The notes below the pieces were generated by a model. The model ran no database searches. It saw nothing but the letters and a program-made list of their open reading frames with translations, and was not told where the DNA came from. A program made the position numbers and the translations under genes. A stretch of 64,000 nucleotides of DNA, from IMG/VR virus record IMGVR_UViG_3300042503_001836, positions 54,554-118,553 of that record. The stretch is one strand, 5' to 3'. Shown here one piece after another: positions 8,643 through 20,700 of this stretch (positions are counted from its first letter, which is position 1; every line of letters begins with the position of its first letter). The DNA is from a virus.

Positions 8643-10976
8643 TTAAAATTCTCCTGTAAACACTGTGAAATATTGATTACTTACGTCTGCCGTCGCTTGT
8701 GGTGCAGATGGTGCTTCTACAAAAGTGCTAACTTTATTATTAGTTGTGATAGCAGCTACCCTCACATAGAAGAATCCGTTACCTACATTTTCCCACCTAG
8801 CTGATAGTTCAGTAGTTACTTGAGTAGAACCCCATTCAGCCGTTGCACCTCTTTTAAATTCAACTTTATATCTATCAGTATATGGTTCTTCTATAGTAAC
8901 ACCATTTACTTCCTTTGTAGGACGTTGCCACGATGCAACAAGTGTAAAACTTGTTCTTTCACCGTAGTTAATTCTTTGTATTCGGCAAGCAACATCTCTA
9001 GGTGGTGAGGCTACTATTGGTAGTCTTGCCACCGGAATAATTACTGGTACTTTTATCCCTGATTCAATCTGATTGTAATAATCTGCACTATAAGTTTTAG
9101 CAGTAATATCAAAAACATTCAGATTATCTTCAACTGGATTTACTTCTGTAATTCGGTAAAGCTGTGTCCTGCTTATAGTATCTATTATTTGCCAAGGTGA
9201 TCCCGGTGCAGGTAAATCTGTTAAAGGTGTAGCTAGATTAATTTCTGTAAATGTTCCTGCCCCATTGCTAATTAACCTTTCTACAACTGTTTCATCTGGT
9301 AATGTTAATAAAATCTTTTTGTCTGTACTCCCTGTTAATGCTAATGGTGAATCAATTATTATTTTTGTGCTAGTTACATCTGAAACTAAACCACCGTTTC
9401 TAATTCTATTTTTAGCACTATCCGCCACTTGGATTACATCACCAGGCGAAAAAAACATAGCACGTGTTCTGACTCTACAAGTCAAAGTTATATTATTAGG
9501 TTGTGATCCTAAAATAGTCCGTCGTCCCGATCTAATAGCTGCGCCTCGCCGGGTTTCTCCTAATAAAGCATACTCTTCTACTTGCACGCCATAACGTTGA
9601 ATTGCTGAAATATCTTCTACTATTTCTGGTATTAATTCCCAGTCTTCAATTGTAGATTGGTAAGATACCTTAGCAACTGTTGTGACTGTATTTAATTCTG
9701 GCGTTTGATAAGCAAATTTACCATCTTCTACATCAGCATTAGTGAGGACTTTAGGTAACGCTATTGTGGGTCTGTCTTGCCAAAAACTAATCTGTGATCC
9801 GTTCCAATATGGTTTTGCATACATACTAGAACAGATAGCGCGAATCATTTCTAATACTATTTCCTGACCGCCTGACCCTAAAATAGTATTAAATAAAAAT
9901 CTACGTTCCGTCCCACCACCACCATTAGATACAAACTGATTATTATAGACACTACATTGATATAAAGCATATTTATCTATATATTGACTAGGAATACCTA
10001 AATTAAATCTTGGCTCTGTAAGCAACTTCCAGACCACCCAAGCAGGGTCTGCCGTTGCTCTATCCGGTGTATAAAAGCTACCATTCCAACCACCGCTATA
10101 ATCAATTCCATTATCAGTTGTATTGATAGTTGCATTAGTTGGGATGTCGCAAATCATCCCTCTCACTTTTGCCCATATTTCTGGAGTAGATTGAAAAGTT
10201 TTTGCAGGAAATTGTACACTTAGTAATGCCGTATTTAAGTAGGCTATTCTATCGCTCGTAATTTCCGTATAACTAATCCATCTTAAATTAGCTGTTATGT
10301 AGCTGGTTTTTGGCGGAATTGGACTAGGCGGTTCTTGAGGATATAGCTTTACTACCCTAACTTCAAAATAACTTTCATTTCTATTAACAGCAAAACGATA
10401 ATTAAACGCAACTTGATCAGAATATCTAGCAGTGATATCTTGTGAATGTCTTAGTACAAACGCACCATTAATACCTTCTTTTATATATATTTGAAACCCT
10501 ATGCTTGTCTGTCTAATATCGCCATTTGCATCATTATATTGCAACTGGAAACCAAGTCTAACTTGAATTTCTGTTAAATCAGCATTTGATATAGTTCGTG
10601 TTTGCGGAAGCCCAAATTTAACTTCGACATTCAGAGGATTGTCTGAAAAAGTAGCATCTATTAAATTATATGCTTGTCCTGTGGAAAGAGTACCATTAGT
10701 ACTGCTGACAGTCACATTAGCAAAATTAAAAGAGCCGTCCGGATTTTGAAAAGGCGTTTTGTCAAAATAAACCCCTTGAAACCCGCCAATTAGTCCCCCA
10801 ATGGGGCCCTCGCACATTCCTAAAACTAACTTAACATAATCATTAGTTACCCCTGAAATAGAGTCAATGATTTGTTGTCTAACTTGCTGTGCTTGCTGTT
10901 GAGGTGAGGAGCTACTACCACCACCACCGCCAAATAAACCGCCTGAACCTGACAAATTTTTTGTCATATTTTTCAA
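8643..10976 (-). CDS. Lambda gpJ-like host-specificity / central tail tip protein
   Basis: CEGPIGGL, DPAWVVWKLLTEPRFNLG, ERRFLFN, PGDVIQVAD motifs; C-terminal FN3-like region. Confidence 0.92.
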   Translation of the reverse strand: MKNMTKNLSGSGGLFGGGGGSSSSPQQQAQQVRQQIIDSISGVTNDYVKLVLGMCEGPIGGLIGGFQGVYFDKTPFQNPDGSFNFANVTVSSTNGTLSTGQAYNLIDATFSDNPLNVEVKFGLPQTRTISNADLTEIQVRLGFQLQYNDANGDIRQTSIGFQIYIKEGINGAFVLRHSQDITARYSDQVAFNYRFAVNRNESYFEVRVVKLYPQEPPSPIPPKTSYITANLRWISYTEITSDRIAYLNTALLSVQFPAKTFQSTPEIWAKVRGMICDIPTNATINTTDNGIDYSGGWNGSFYTPDRATADPAWVVWKLLTEPRFNLGIPSQYIDKYALYQCSVYNNQFVSNGGGGTERRFLFNTILGSGGQEIVLEMIRAICSSMYAKPYWNGSQISFWQDRPTIALPKVLTNADVEDGKFAYQTPELNTVTTVAKVSYQSTIEDWELIPEIVEDISAIQRYGVQVEEYALLGETRRGAAIRSGRRTILGSQPNNITLTCRVRTRAMFFSPGDVIQVADSAKNRIRNGGLVSDVTSTKIIIDSPLALTGSTDKKILLTLPDETVVERLISNGAGTFTEINLATPLTDLPAPGSPWQIIDTISRTQLYRITEVNPVEDNLNVFDITAKTYSADYYNQIESGIKVPVIIPVARLPIVASPPRDVACRIQRINYGERTSFTLVASWQRPTKEVNGVTIEEPYTDRYKVEFKRGATAEWGSTQVTTELSARWENVGNGFFYVRVAAITTNNKVSTFVEAPSAPQATADVSNQYFTVFTGEF

Positions 10977-10981
10977 GTTCC

Positions 10982-11587
10982 TTATGCACTATAGCTAGAT
11001 GTGATTTCGACAGATAAAACTTGAAAGTTTTTAACTAAAACCTCACCAAATACTAAAGGTATAGGCGTACCTTCTTTAGTCATATATCCTGGACTTTGGA
11101 AGAAAGAGGATCTTCTATCATCCATGCTTATTTCACTTGGATCATTATTCATATGTGTGCTAGGATTACCAAAAAGCACAGATTGTAACAACCCTGTTGC
11201 ACCTGATATAATCAACCCCCAGCCTAAATTCACAGCTATAGCACCAACGCCTGTAATAGTTGTCAACGCTATCCCAATCCCAATCATGGCAACGCTAGTG
11301 ATGAATTTCCCAACCTCTCCAGATCCTTGGATAGCTGGTGTGATTTCTACAGTTAACCCTGTAATAGGTAATAGTAATTCTGGTGAATTTTCATCAACTT
11401 CTCTTTCCCAATTAGGTGCTTTAATAATAATTGAATAAACCCAATCAGTACCTAATACATAATGTTTGAAGTTTTCAAAATAACAACATAGAAAGTTGAT
11501 TGTTTCTCTAACCGTATGCACATCAGCTTGTAATTCTGGTAAAAATTCCTTACCTAAAGCACCATTTAATTTAATAGTAGTTAGCAT
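10982..11587 (-). CDS. Lambda gpI-like tail assembly protein
   Basis: TIKLNGALGKEF N-terminus, EGTPIPLVFGE C-terminus. Confidence 0.9.
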   Translation of the reverse strand: MLTTIKLNGALGKEFLPELQADVHTVRETINFLCCYFENFKHYVLGTDWVYSIIIKAPNWEREVDENSPELLLPITGLTVEITPAIQGSGEVGKFITSVAMIGIGIALTTITGVGAIAVNLGWGLIISGATGLLQSVLFGNPSTHMNNDPSEISMDDRRSSFFQSPGYMTKEGTPIPLVFGEVLVKNFQVLSVEITSSYSA

Positions 11588-12339
11588 ATTTCTTTTAATC
11601 TCCCATGTAAAAGTGTTCTTTTACGCCAATAATCAGCATACTGCTCTATTCTTGACACTGATGAATCTGATGGGGAATGAAGAATAATATTTTCTTCTGG
11701 TTTGACCATAACTATAGCATGATTTACTTTCCTACCACCTTTTAAAGCCACACCGAATACATCATATTTTTGTGGTTGTGTTCCTAACGGCAGCAAGTTA
11801 AATTTGTCCATACTCCAAGGACAGTCATAATCTGTTGGCGGAAAGTTTTCCAATTGAGTTCTATGAAATTCCCCAATATCCACATTTAAAGTTCCCAATA
11901 GATACCTTCGGACAATTGCAAAACAGTCAGACCGTCCCCAATGAAATCTAGTGTTTAAATAAAATTCTAAATCTTGTGGTTTGTAGTCTTTTTTCTCTAG
12001 TGGAAACGGATCTGGATTGTTAGCCTCATAATAGTCCCACACATCAAAACCAGAATGATAAAGAATAATAGGTTTTTGGCTTTGATGAGCAAGTTCAATA
12101 TCTGTATAGGTAAAATACCCCGACTGACCTTCTTTATGGTGTGTATGCCAAATAGCCGTAATATCTGAGTAGTTAAATTCCGCTAAGTCAGTAGCGGCTA
12201 TTGTAAAATGATTTGTTGGATCATCATGAATGTTATTTAAAACAATGGCATTACCATCGATAACAATGCCACAGATTTCCTTATCCGTCCCTAAAGCAGC
12301 CGTTTTAATTTGTAATTTAATTAAGTCTGGTATTAGCAT
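11581..12339 (-). CDS. Lambda gpK-like tail tip assembly protein (JAB/MPN + NlpC/P60)
   Basis: EICG...WHTH...D JAB motif; WGRSDCFAIVR...NHA...ILH NlpC/P60 motif. Confidence 0.9.
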   Translation of the reverse strand: MLIPDLIKLQIKTAALGTDKEICGIVIDGNAIVLNNIHDDPTNHFTIAATDLAEFNYSDITAIWHTHHKEGQSGYFTYTDIELAHQSQKPIILYHSGFDVWDYYEANNPDPFPLEKKDYKPQDLEFYLNTRFHWGRSDCFAIVRRYLLGTLNVDIGEFHRTQLENFPPTDYDCPWSMDKFNLLPLGTQPQKYDVFGVALKGGRKVNHAIVMVKPEENIILHSPSDSSVSRIEQYADYWRKRTLLHGRLKEIC

Positions 12340-12418
12340 AGAATCATTTTTTAGCTATCACTAAATATAGCACACATAGATAAATGCTACAATAAAATAA
12401 AAGTTAAATCAATAAAAT

Positions 12419-14329
12419 ATGTTAAACACTAATATTCTTTCTCCCAAAGTCCAGGCATTAGTATCAACCTGGATAGGGATGGTACAACAGTCAGATAAAA
12501 ACATAGCTAACACTTATGTAGAAATGCTTAAGGATTCGCCAGTAGCCAGCGCGGCTAACGACTTGCGAATAATGTTAGGTGTTTCCATGTTAGATAAATA
12601 CCAGCATCCAGACCCAGACATTCAACATTTTGTAAGAACGTCTATCAACGCAATGGAGGGTAGTTGGTTAAATGTTGTCTCACAAATGCTGACATTTATT
12701 CCTTTTGGTAAATCGTTCTCAGAAGTAAGTTACAAGATTAAAAAAAGAAAAGCCCATTTAGATATTATCAGAACAGTAGATCCTAGATATTATTGGTTTG
12801 AAGGCTTTAACGGACAAATAAGCCGGGTACATTATCTAAGGTTTAGCGATATCTATATTCCCTATGAAAATGGTATTCATTTAATTAACCAGCCTTACAT
12901 TGCTTTAGGTGGCGATCCTCATGGCGTGGCTATTTGCCGTCGTGCCTATCCTTACTGGGAACTAACAAAAGTAATCAACGCTTGTATGGCTGTGGCATCA
13001 GAAAGACAGGCTACCAAATTGTTAGTAGGAAAAACTGACACTGGTAATAATTCCGTTAGCATGATTAATCCTGAAACTGGACAGCCTTATATAGATCCAA
13101 ATACAGGTGAACCTAGATTATTTAATCAGGGTTATGTGATGTCTAGAAACTTAGAAGATATCAAAAATAATTCCTATGCCGTGATTGATCTAGCTGATGA
13201 AATTGAGGCGATCGCACATGAATCCGACGGTCGTTTCTTCATCAATATCTTAGGCTACCTAGAATCAATGATTATGCTATCCTGGTTAGTCCCTCGCACA
13301 GTTACAGGAACAGGAACAGTCAGCAGTGGTGATAGTAACCTAAACGAAGGGCATCAAAACATTCTTAGATTAGTGACTAGATCCCAAATGCAGATAGTAG
13401 GGGAAGCATTAGTAGAGCAAGCGATTCGTCCAATGTTGGAGTTTAACTTTGGCGAGTTAGACGACTATGGCACTTTTCCCCTTGTCATAGAAGATAATAT
13501 AGACACAATCACGCTATTAAACATCATTAATAATTGTGTGAATACCGGAACTTTTAGCAAATATGATTTAGACGTACTCAATAAAATGAGAACATTAGCA
13601 GGTATCACAGCCTTAGAAGAATTACCTAATGAGGAGGTAGAACTCAACCAAAAAAAGTATCAACTTGACTTATTAACTAAGTCAAAGAACCAAGAATCAA
13701 CTAACTTTACCTGGAATAAAAAAAGCCAACGTTATCACTATGCCAACGGTTCTAAGAAAGGTCGGTTTGTTAAAGAAAGTCAGATAGAGCAGTTAACAGA
13801 ACAAGCGATTAAAGATCATTTAGAACTAGGCGAAGTTGTGAATAACGCCTTATTTTCTGGAAAAATTAACGTTGCTAGATGGGAACGGCAAACAGCAGAA
13901 CTATTAAGAAGTTTAGCTATCTATCAATATGCTTTAGGTATAGGTGGCGCAAAACAAATGGACTGGCAGGACTACTCATTAATTAATGGTCAATTAAATC
14001 TTGAGTATCAATATCTGCGTAGATTTTCACGAGATATTTTAAGAGGCAATCTATCTGAAGCACAGATAGAAGCGCGTATAAAAATGTACTATAACAAAAC
14101 TAATCACTTTAAAGAACGCGGCAGACTAGAAGGGCATAAACGTAATGGTTATTTATGGGAACGTAGAGTAATAGCAGCAAACCATAGCTGTGATGATTGT
14201 ATTCGTTATACTGGGATGGGATGGGCGCAAATTGGTACACTGCCTAACCCTGGAGAAAACTGTCAATGTAAGTCTAATTGTAAATGCGTAAAATACTACT
14301 CAAACTCACTAATAATGCCAAAACTATGA
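12419..14329 (+). CDS. Portal protein (DUF935/Mu gp29-like) fused to a Mu gpF/SPP1 gp7-like head morphogenesis domain
   Basis: FIPFGKSFSEV, GDPHGVAICRRAY, IRPMLEFNF portal motifs; C-terminal HSCDDC...CQCKSNCKC Cys motif. Confidence 0.75.
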   Translation: MLNTNILSPKVQALVSTWIGMVQQSDKNIANTYVEMLKDSPVASAANDLRIMLGVSMLDKYQHPDPDIQHFVRTSINAMEGSWLNVVSQMLTFIPFGKSFSEVSYKIKKRKAHLDIIRTVDPRYYWFEGFNGQISRVHYLRFSDIYIPYENGIHLINQPYIALGGDPHGVAICRRAYPYWELTKVINACMAVASERQATKLLVGKTDTGNNSVSMINPETGQPYIDPNTGEPRLFNQGYVMSRNLEDIKNNSYAVIDLADEIEAIAHESDGRFFINILGYLESMIMLSWLVPRTVTGTGTVSSGDSNLNEGHQNILRLVTRSQMQIVGEALVEQAIRPMLEFNFGELDDYGTFPLVIEDNIDTITLLNIINNCVNTGTFSKYDLDVLNKMRTLAGITALEELPNEEVELNQKKYQLDLLTKSKNQESTNFTWNKKSQRYHYANGSKKGRFVKESQIEQLTEQAIKDHLELGEVVNNALFSGKINVARWERQTAELLRSLAIYQYALGIGGAKQMDWQDYSLINGQLNLEYQYLRRFSRDILRGNLSEAQIEARIKMYYNKTNHFKERGRLEGHKRNGYLWERRVIAANHSCDDCIRYTGMGWAQIGTLPNPGENCQCKSNCKCVKYYSNSLIMPKL

Positions 14330-14511
14330 AAAACACCACTGTATTACCGGGAATATTTGCCACGCTTAGTACCATATTAGCCCTAGCTGTATTGTATGCC
14401 CCTAACTTATCAGATGCTAAAAGCAGTGGCGCGTTCAATATTTCCCTAGCTTTAGCTTCAGGCAGTGCCGGATTAGCAGTATCAGATAAAGAAAAGCATG
14501 ACCACAACTAA
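14326..14511 (+). CDS. Small two-TM membrane protein, holin-like
   Basis: Two hydrophobic segments and a charged tail; ATGA overlap with the portal stop. Confidence 0.5.
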   Translation: MKNTTVLPGIFATLSTILALAVLYAPNLSDAKSSGAFNISLALASGSAGLAVSDKEKHDHN

Positions 14512-14671
14512 ATTCACTCCTAAACCTGAAACATTACCACCCATAGGTGATCTGATGACAGAATTAACTTTAAATACAGATGTAGTAGAAAACATCCTTA
14601 AAGAGTTCATAGATAATCCGCCTATACCAGAATTAGCTAATTTAATATTAGCTGAACCCGATGATGATTAA
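14498..14671 (+). CDS. Small acidic hypothetical protein (57 aa)
   Basis: Manual translation MTTTKFTPKPETLPPIGDLM...AEPDDD; below the ORF-track cutoff. Confidence 0.55.
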   Translation: MTTTKFTPKPETLPPIGDLMTELTLNTDVVENILKEFIDNPPIPELANLILAEPDDD

Positions 14672-14710
14672 TATTTGTAGTAGAATATGAGAACCATCTT
14701 TTTAATCTCA

Positions 14711-14751
14711 AAAAAAGCAGTTAGCTAATCATAGCTGACTGCAATTTTTTT
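14711..14751. terminator. Bidirectional terminator between convergent genes
   Basis: GCAGTTAGCTA/TAGCTGACTGC stem flanked by A- and T-tracts. Confidence 0.75.
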
Positions 14752-14768
14752 ATGTTGATTTAGATATA

Positions 14769-17700
14769 TTATCTGTTGTAAGGATTACCACGATTAATAG
14801 AACCGCCTACTCTCATTTCCCGACGAATACCATCTGATACCATCGCTTGTACAGCCTGTGACAGTCTGTAGGTATCTACTTCAGAATCACTGCCAACCTC
14901 AACACTTACAGGAACATTTATAGTTGTCGTATTGCCAATCTTAGATGCCATACTACCGTTACCACCTGCACCTACAACACCACCATTAGCAAACCCAGCC
15001 ACACCGCTTTGCAACTTATTCCAAATAGCGGTTTCTTTGTGGTTAAGAACCCGTTCACCTTCAGAAGCAACTATTAAATGAGGCTTACGTCCAGTAATAG
15101 ATCGCTCCTTATTCATTACCCCAACTATCCCGCCATCAGCAAACATTGGTAAAGTAGCAAAACCAAAATCTGTAGGAATAGCATCAAATAATCCAGGCGT
15201 AGGATTAAATCCCATAGAATTGGCATTAAACACAGAACCAGAGAGAATATCAAAAGTGCCACCAAGAAGACTGCTAAAAATATCACCACCCGCGTCCATT
15301 GCTGTGTTTGCCACAGTTTGACTACTTAATGTTAAAGCAGCTTGCATCAACATTTGCCCAGCTTGGTTTAATGTCATACCTGCCAGGTTGAGTCCATTAG
15401 CACCAACACTCAAATCAGCTAAACCTTTAACAGCATTTATACCATCAGTTGGTTTTTCATCTTTCTTTTTATTTCCAAACAATCCCTCAGTCCAACCAAA
15501 TAGAGCATCAGTCATGCGTTTAGATGCCATATCAGCTAGAGGATCAAGGAAACCTTTCATAATAGAGTTAAATAGATCACTTACGGACTCGCCAAACCCT
15601 TTTGTACTTAATAGGAACTCCTTAAACCCGCCCCTAAAGCTACTTGTGACACCTTTAACCACAGTTCCTAACTCAGAGAATTGTAGTTTAATAGCGTCTA
15701 GTTTTGCTTCATTAGTCAGCTTGAGATTTTCCCGTAAAGTATTAATCTGTTCATTAGTTAACTTATTAGCTTCCGTAGCTTCAGCGTTCTTTCTAATAAA
15801 ATCATCTAACTGAAGCGTAGCCTTAGCAAAATCCATCTGTTGATTATTAATAGCCAATTGCTTATCAATCTTTTCAGCACGGAAATCAAGACCATAGGCT
15901 TTGAGTAGAGAACTTCTAGACTCTTGTACACCTTTAAATGAATCCTGGATAAATTGCACTCTTTCTAATAATCTAGAAGGAATATTTGCATTTTCAGCAA
16001 TACGATCATTTTTTTGTTTTAACTCAATATTTTGTTTATTGCGTTCAAATTCTTCCTTAACGTAGTCCCTTCTTTTCTTAGCTTCTTCAGAAGAAATAGA
16101 CCGACTATTTTCTTCATTTGTAATAGCATTAAGTTTTTCTTTATATTCATTCTCGGTATTTAATAAAGCTAGGTTTGCTTCTAAATCAGCAGTTCTAGCA
16201 GACCTTGGATCAAGTGGGTTTAATTGCTGTAATAGTTTACGCTGTTCAACTTGTTTTTGGAGTAAACTAATTCGGAGTTTTTCAGTTTGTAATGTAACTC
16301 CTGTTCGTCTAGATATTTCCTCTCTATTAAATTGTTCTACTCTTGCTTCAAGTATTTTAGGAGTATTTTGATTTAATTCAGCTAATGCTTTTTTAGCTTG
16401 TATATTCTGAAGTACAGTAGTTTTAAAGACCTCGTTATTTGTATTAATTGCGTTAAGTGCCTGTTCAGGACTGTCTGGAAATTTCTCTAAAGATGCAACA
16501 AAAGCAGCTTTTAGTAATTTTTCATTGTCAATTACACCTTGAGTATCACGAACTGTTTTTTCTAACGCTTCTCTCTTTTTCTCTAATGAACGAATAAGCT
16601 CTTGATAGCCAATCAAGAATCGTTCAACATTACTCATGTTGGGAGACAAGCCCTCTCTTATAGTTTTCCAAATATCTAAATCAGTATCTTTCATACTGCT
16701 TTGAATTTGAAACATAGATTCAGTAGTTTGTCTAAGTAAACGATATAACCCTAACAATTGCTGTGTTCTGTCTGTTAATAGCTGGGACTCAGTATTCATA
16801 GAGTTGGCTGCATTTTGTCCATCGGCTGTATTGAATTTAAGATTTGTTGCATCTGTAACATTTGATTGCATTTCGTCAGGAGTAAGAGTCCCGCCAGTAT
16901 TAACTAGTTGATTCAACCTATTAAGATTTTCTTGATAAGTCTTTAAGAAATTACCATGTTGTCCTTGGGGTGTTCCTTGTCCTTTATATGCACTTCTATT
17001 CTTACCCGACTGGATACTGGCATAATGTAGTGCAAGTTTATTTAATACAGATGTATCTACTTGACCTTTCAAAACTTGATCTAAAACACCTCTAGATTTT
17101 AAGGAATGAATAAAATACAAATCTTGCATACCCGGGCTAAAGCTTGGTTGATCCTGACCTTGATAGTCTGTCAACTTAAACATATCCGGCATGGCATTTT
17201 TACCAAACTGTTTTTTAGCCGCTTGGATAGATGCGTTAAAGTTCATCATCTGATAGCGTCCGGCTGCAGTGCTACTGTTGTTAATCCACTTAATCCAAGT
17301 TGGTTTCCTACCAGTTCCCACATAGGGATGTTTAGAGAAATCAGTAACATTCTCACCACCAATCGTTAGACCATAGCCAAAGTTCCTAGTATTTTTTCTA
17401 AAATCAGAACCCTCAGCATTAGCCACAGCATTAGCCAAAGCTAAAATATACTTATTCTTACGCAGTTCATAAAGTTGTTTACCAAGTGGGGTTAGTTTTG
17501 CATACTCTTCAGGGCTTAAGTCATTACCACCTTGAGATATTCCTGAAGAATTTTTAATACCTATCGTACCAGGTACAGGCGGTAATATGGGAACGGGTTG
17601 TCTTTTTGGCAACGGCTTAACCTGTGATGCGACATTCTTAGCTATTTCTACCGCACCAACAGCTTGATCAAAGACAAAACTCTTAATACCCGTACTCTTT

Positions 17701-20700
17701 AATGCTTGCTTAAATTTATTAAATTCTGCTTCGTTAGCAAATACAATACAACCACTAGAGCCAGGATCAACAAGTCTGTCCTTATCAATGTGGAAACCAA
17801 TAGCGGTTCGTTCTGTTTTAAAATCAGGTTCAAGTCTTATAAACTCATTCCCCATTTTAGCCTTATTGCCGCTAGGAGTAGTTTTACCAAGTCTATAACT
17901 ACCAAACTCTACAGGTTGTTTAGACCCTGCTTTTGTTTCACCTGCACCACCAAATATTTGAGTATCCGCCTTACCTGAATTAACAATAAATCTATCAACT
18001 ATCTTTCCTTGTTTAATGACGGCTAACTGGATTTTTTCTAATCCAAATTCATCTTTTTGTCCCAATCGCTGCATCCTGATTACAGATTCACCCTTGGACT
18101 GACTGGCAGGAGTAACAGTATTAGCTTTAGTTTTAGCAGTTGCCGGAGGTTGGGAAGCGATCGCACCATAATCACCCTTAGCTAAATTAGCAAGGAACAC
18201 TTGAGGGTTAATATAGCGTCCGTTTGCCTTAACCCCAAAATCTAGATGATGTCCTAATACATTACCCAGTTTTTGCCCAGCTTGTACTTGTACAGGTTTG
18301 CTCAAGTCACCAAGAGTATTTTTGATACTATTAAGTGCTAAGTGTCCATACTCTATAGTTATCTTTGTACCCGATGGTAATATACTATTAACAAACACAG
18401 CAGCATCTTGTCCGCCCCATTTTTGCAATTTAGCTACACCTGCAAGACTAGCAATAACTTCTGCACCAGCACCACCCTTAACACGACTGTCAAAATCAAC
18501 CTTATTGTGTAAACGTCCTGGACGTTGACCCATGACACTTTGTCCAAAGGTGGGTTTATAGTTAATCAAATCTTGGATAGTCGTATTTTTAATAGGTGAT
18601 GTAAATTGATTTGCTACTGTAGGTATAACCGTTGGTGCTGGTGTTGCTGATGCTGCATCCTGTGTTGTAGGTGGCGTTATAGCTGACGATACAGCCGATG
18701 TTATACCACCAAACACACGACCTACAGTGTTTAGTAAATTACCTGCCCAGTCAGAAGAGTTATTTTCATTAGTGACTTGATTTAACTTACCTAAAGTTAC
18801 ATCTAACTTAGTTCCTACGCCCGTCACAGTATCACCAAGTCCCTTAAAGGCATCGTTAAGACCACTAGTAGCTATTACTGCGTCTTGTCCTAAAGACTTC
18901 ACAACCTCTTGCACATCAGAGTTTATACCAACAACACTACCCTGAACTGTTCTAAGTTGATCGTCAAACTCTTTAATTTTATCCTCATCAAAAGGAACTA
19001 TCTTACCTGGTAGACTTCGTTGTAATTCACTAGCACGAAGCTTAATGTCATCAATATTATTTTGATAATCAATTTCCTGTTTTTTAGCATCTAACTGACG
19101 TTTTTCCATCTCCGTAGTTTGAGAGATAATATTAATAAGCCCCTCAATAAATTGAGTGTAAATGTTATCGCCAGCACCTATCAAAGCTTCTCTAAGCTTG
19201 TTTTGCATCCTAGATCCTTCTAGGGTTTTTTGTGCTTTTTGGAACTCTATGCTTACCGCTTGCGCTTCCCTAACAGAAGCTCTATAGTATTCAGCTACTT
19301 GTTTAGTCTGGTCAATCAAAGCCTGTTTCATATCACGCTGGGCTTTGGCCATTTCTTGTGAGTTTTGAGCTAATGCCTCTCTATCTTTAGTAATATCGCC
19401 TCTTAACTTATCAAATTCCGCTTGTGCTTCATTTAAGTTAGTACCACCAGCCGCAATAACTTGGCTTATCTTGTCTAAGGCAGCTTGATCACTATTAATC
19501 TTTTCAGTTAATAAAGTGCGTTGGCTGCTTAAATCAGCTAGTTGAATATTTGATAATTCCGGTGCTATTTGTTGCGCTGTTCCCGATGATGCGTAAATTT
19601 TAGCCTGACTTAAATTAGACTTAATCCTATTAGCAGATGTAGCACGCTCAAATCTAGTATTTGCATCCTTAACAGCATTGGTAGCTTGGGTATATAAAGC
19701 CTCTTCCATAGGTCGGACATCAAACGGTTTTGCCCCAGCAATCATGTTTTTAAGCTGGTCAATTCGTGCTTGAGTCTTTTGGACAGCAGCAGGAATTAAA
19801 TTTCCTGTAACACCTTCAACCGCGCCTAGCTGTAACTTTTGCTTATATTCTTCTTCCTGTTTAAGCATCCGTTCCAACATAGGCAACGGTGATCCAAAGC
19901 TATTAACTAGATCCTCACGTTTTTTGTAAAGTTGTTGAATTAATTGCTTAACCTCACCTTGTTCCTTACGAACCTTATCACTCGGTAACGCCTTGTTTAG
20001 TTCTACACTTCGTTTAGTTGCTGCCTCTAGTTGTTTGTCAATATTTTTAATCTCTTTAAAATCAAACGCACGTTGTATAGAGGTTTTGATAATGATCTCC
20101 TGATTTTTCCTTTGATTTTCTAATGCTTGTAATTCCTCTTTAGCTTTTTCATATTCTTCTTTAATTTTTTTATCCCGTCTATTAAAGAAAGTAGGTACAG
20201 TCAACTTTTCAAATTCAGCTTTCTTTTGCGGAATTTTTTTATCAAGATCCTCCATAATTTTTCTATTTTCTAGACGATCACCTACTTCAAACTCAGAGGA
20301 TTTGATAGCCAAAGTATTCCGCATCTGTTTAGACTGATTTTCTAAGTTTTTAAAATCAGCACTGTTTTGTATATCTTTAATTTCTTGAGGACTAGCACCT
20401 CTAGCTTTTGCATCGGCTAATACAGCTAATCTTCTATTGTTGTTATCCTCAATTTGTCTGTTAAGATTTGATATATCTTTGTTAGCATTAAATTTTTGTT
20501 GCTGTTCTATTGTCAGTGGTTTGATATCAGCTACAAAGTCACTAGGTTTACCAGTAAATCCTTGACTAGACGCAAACTCTTTTAAGTTTTGGATATTTTT
20601 TTCTTGATCCTCAAAATATTTGATAACCTGTTGTTGCGCGTTAGTTAATCGGGCGTTTGGATCTTCTGTATCAAAATAGCTTTTTATTCCTTTGTTTTCT

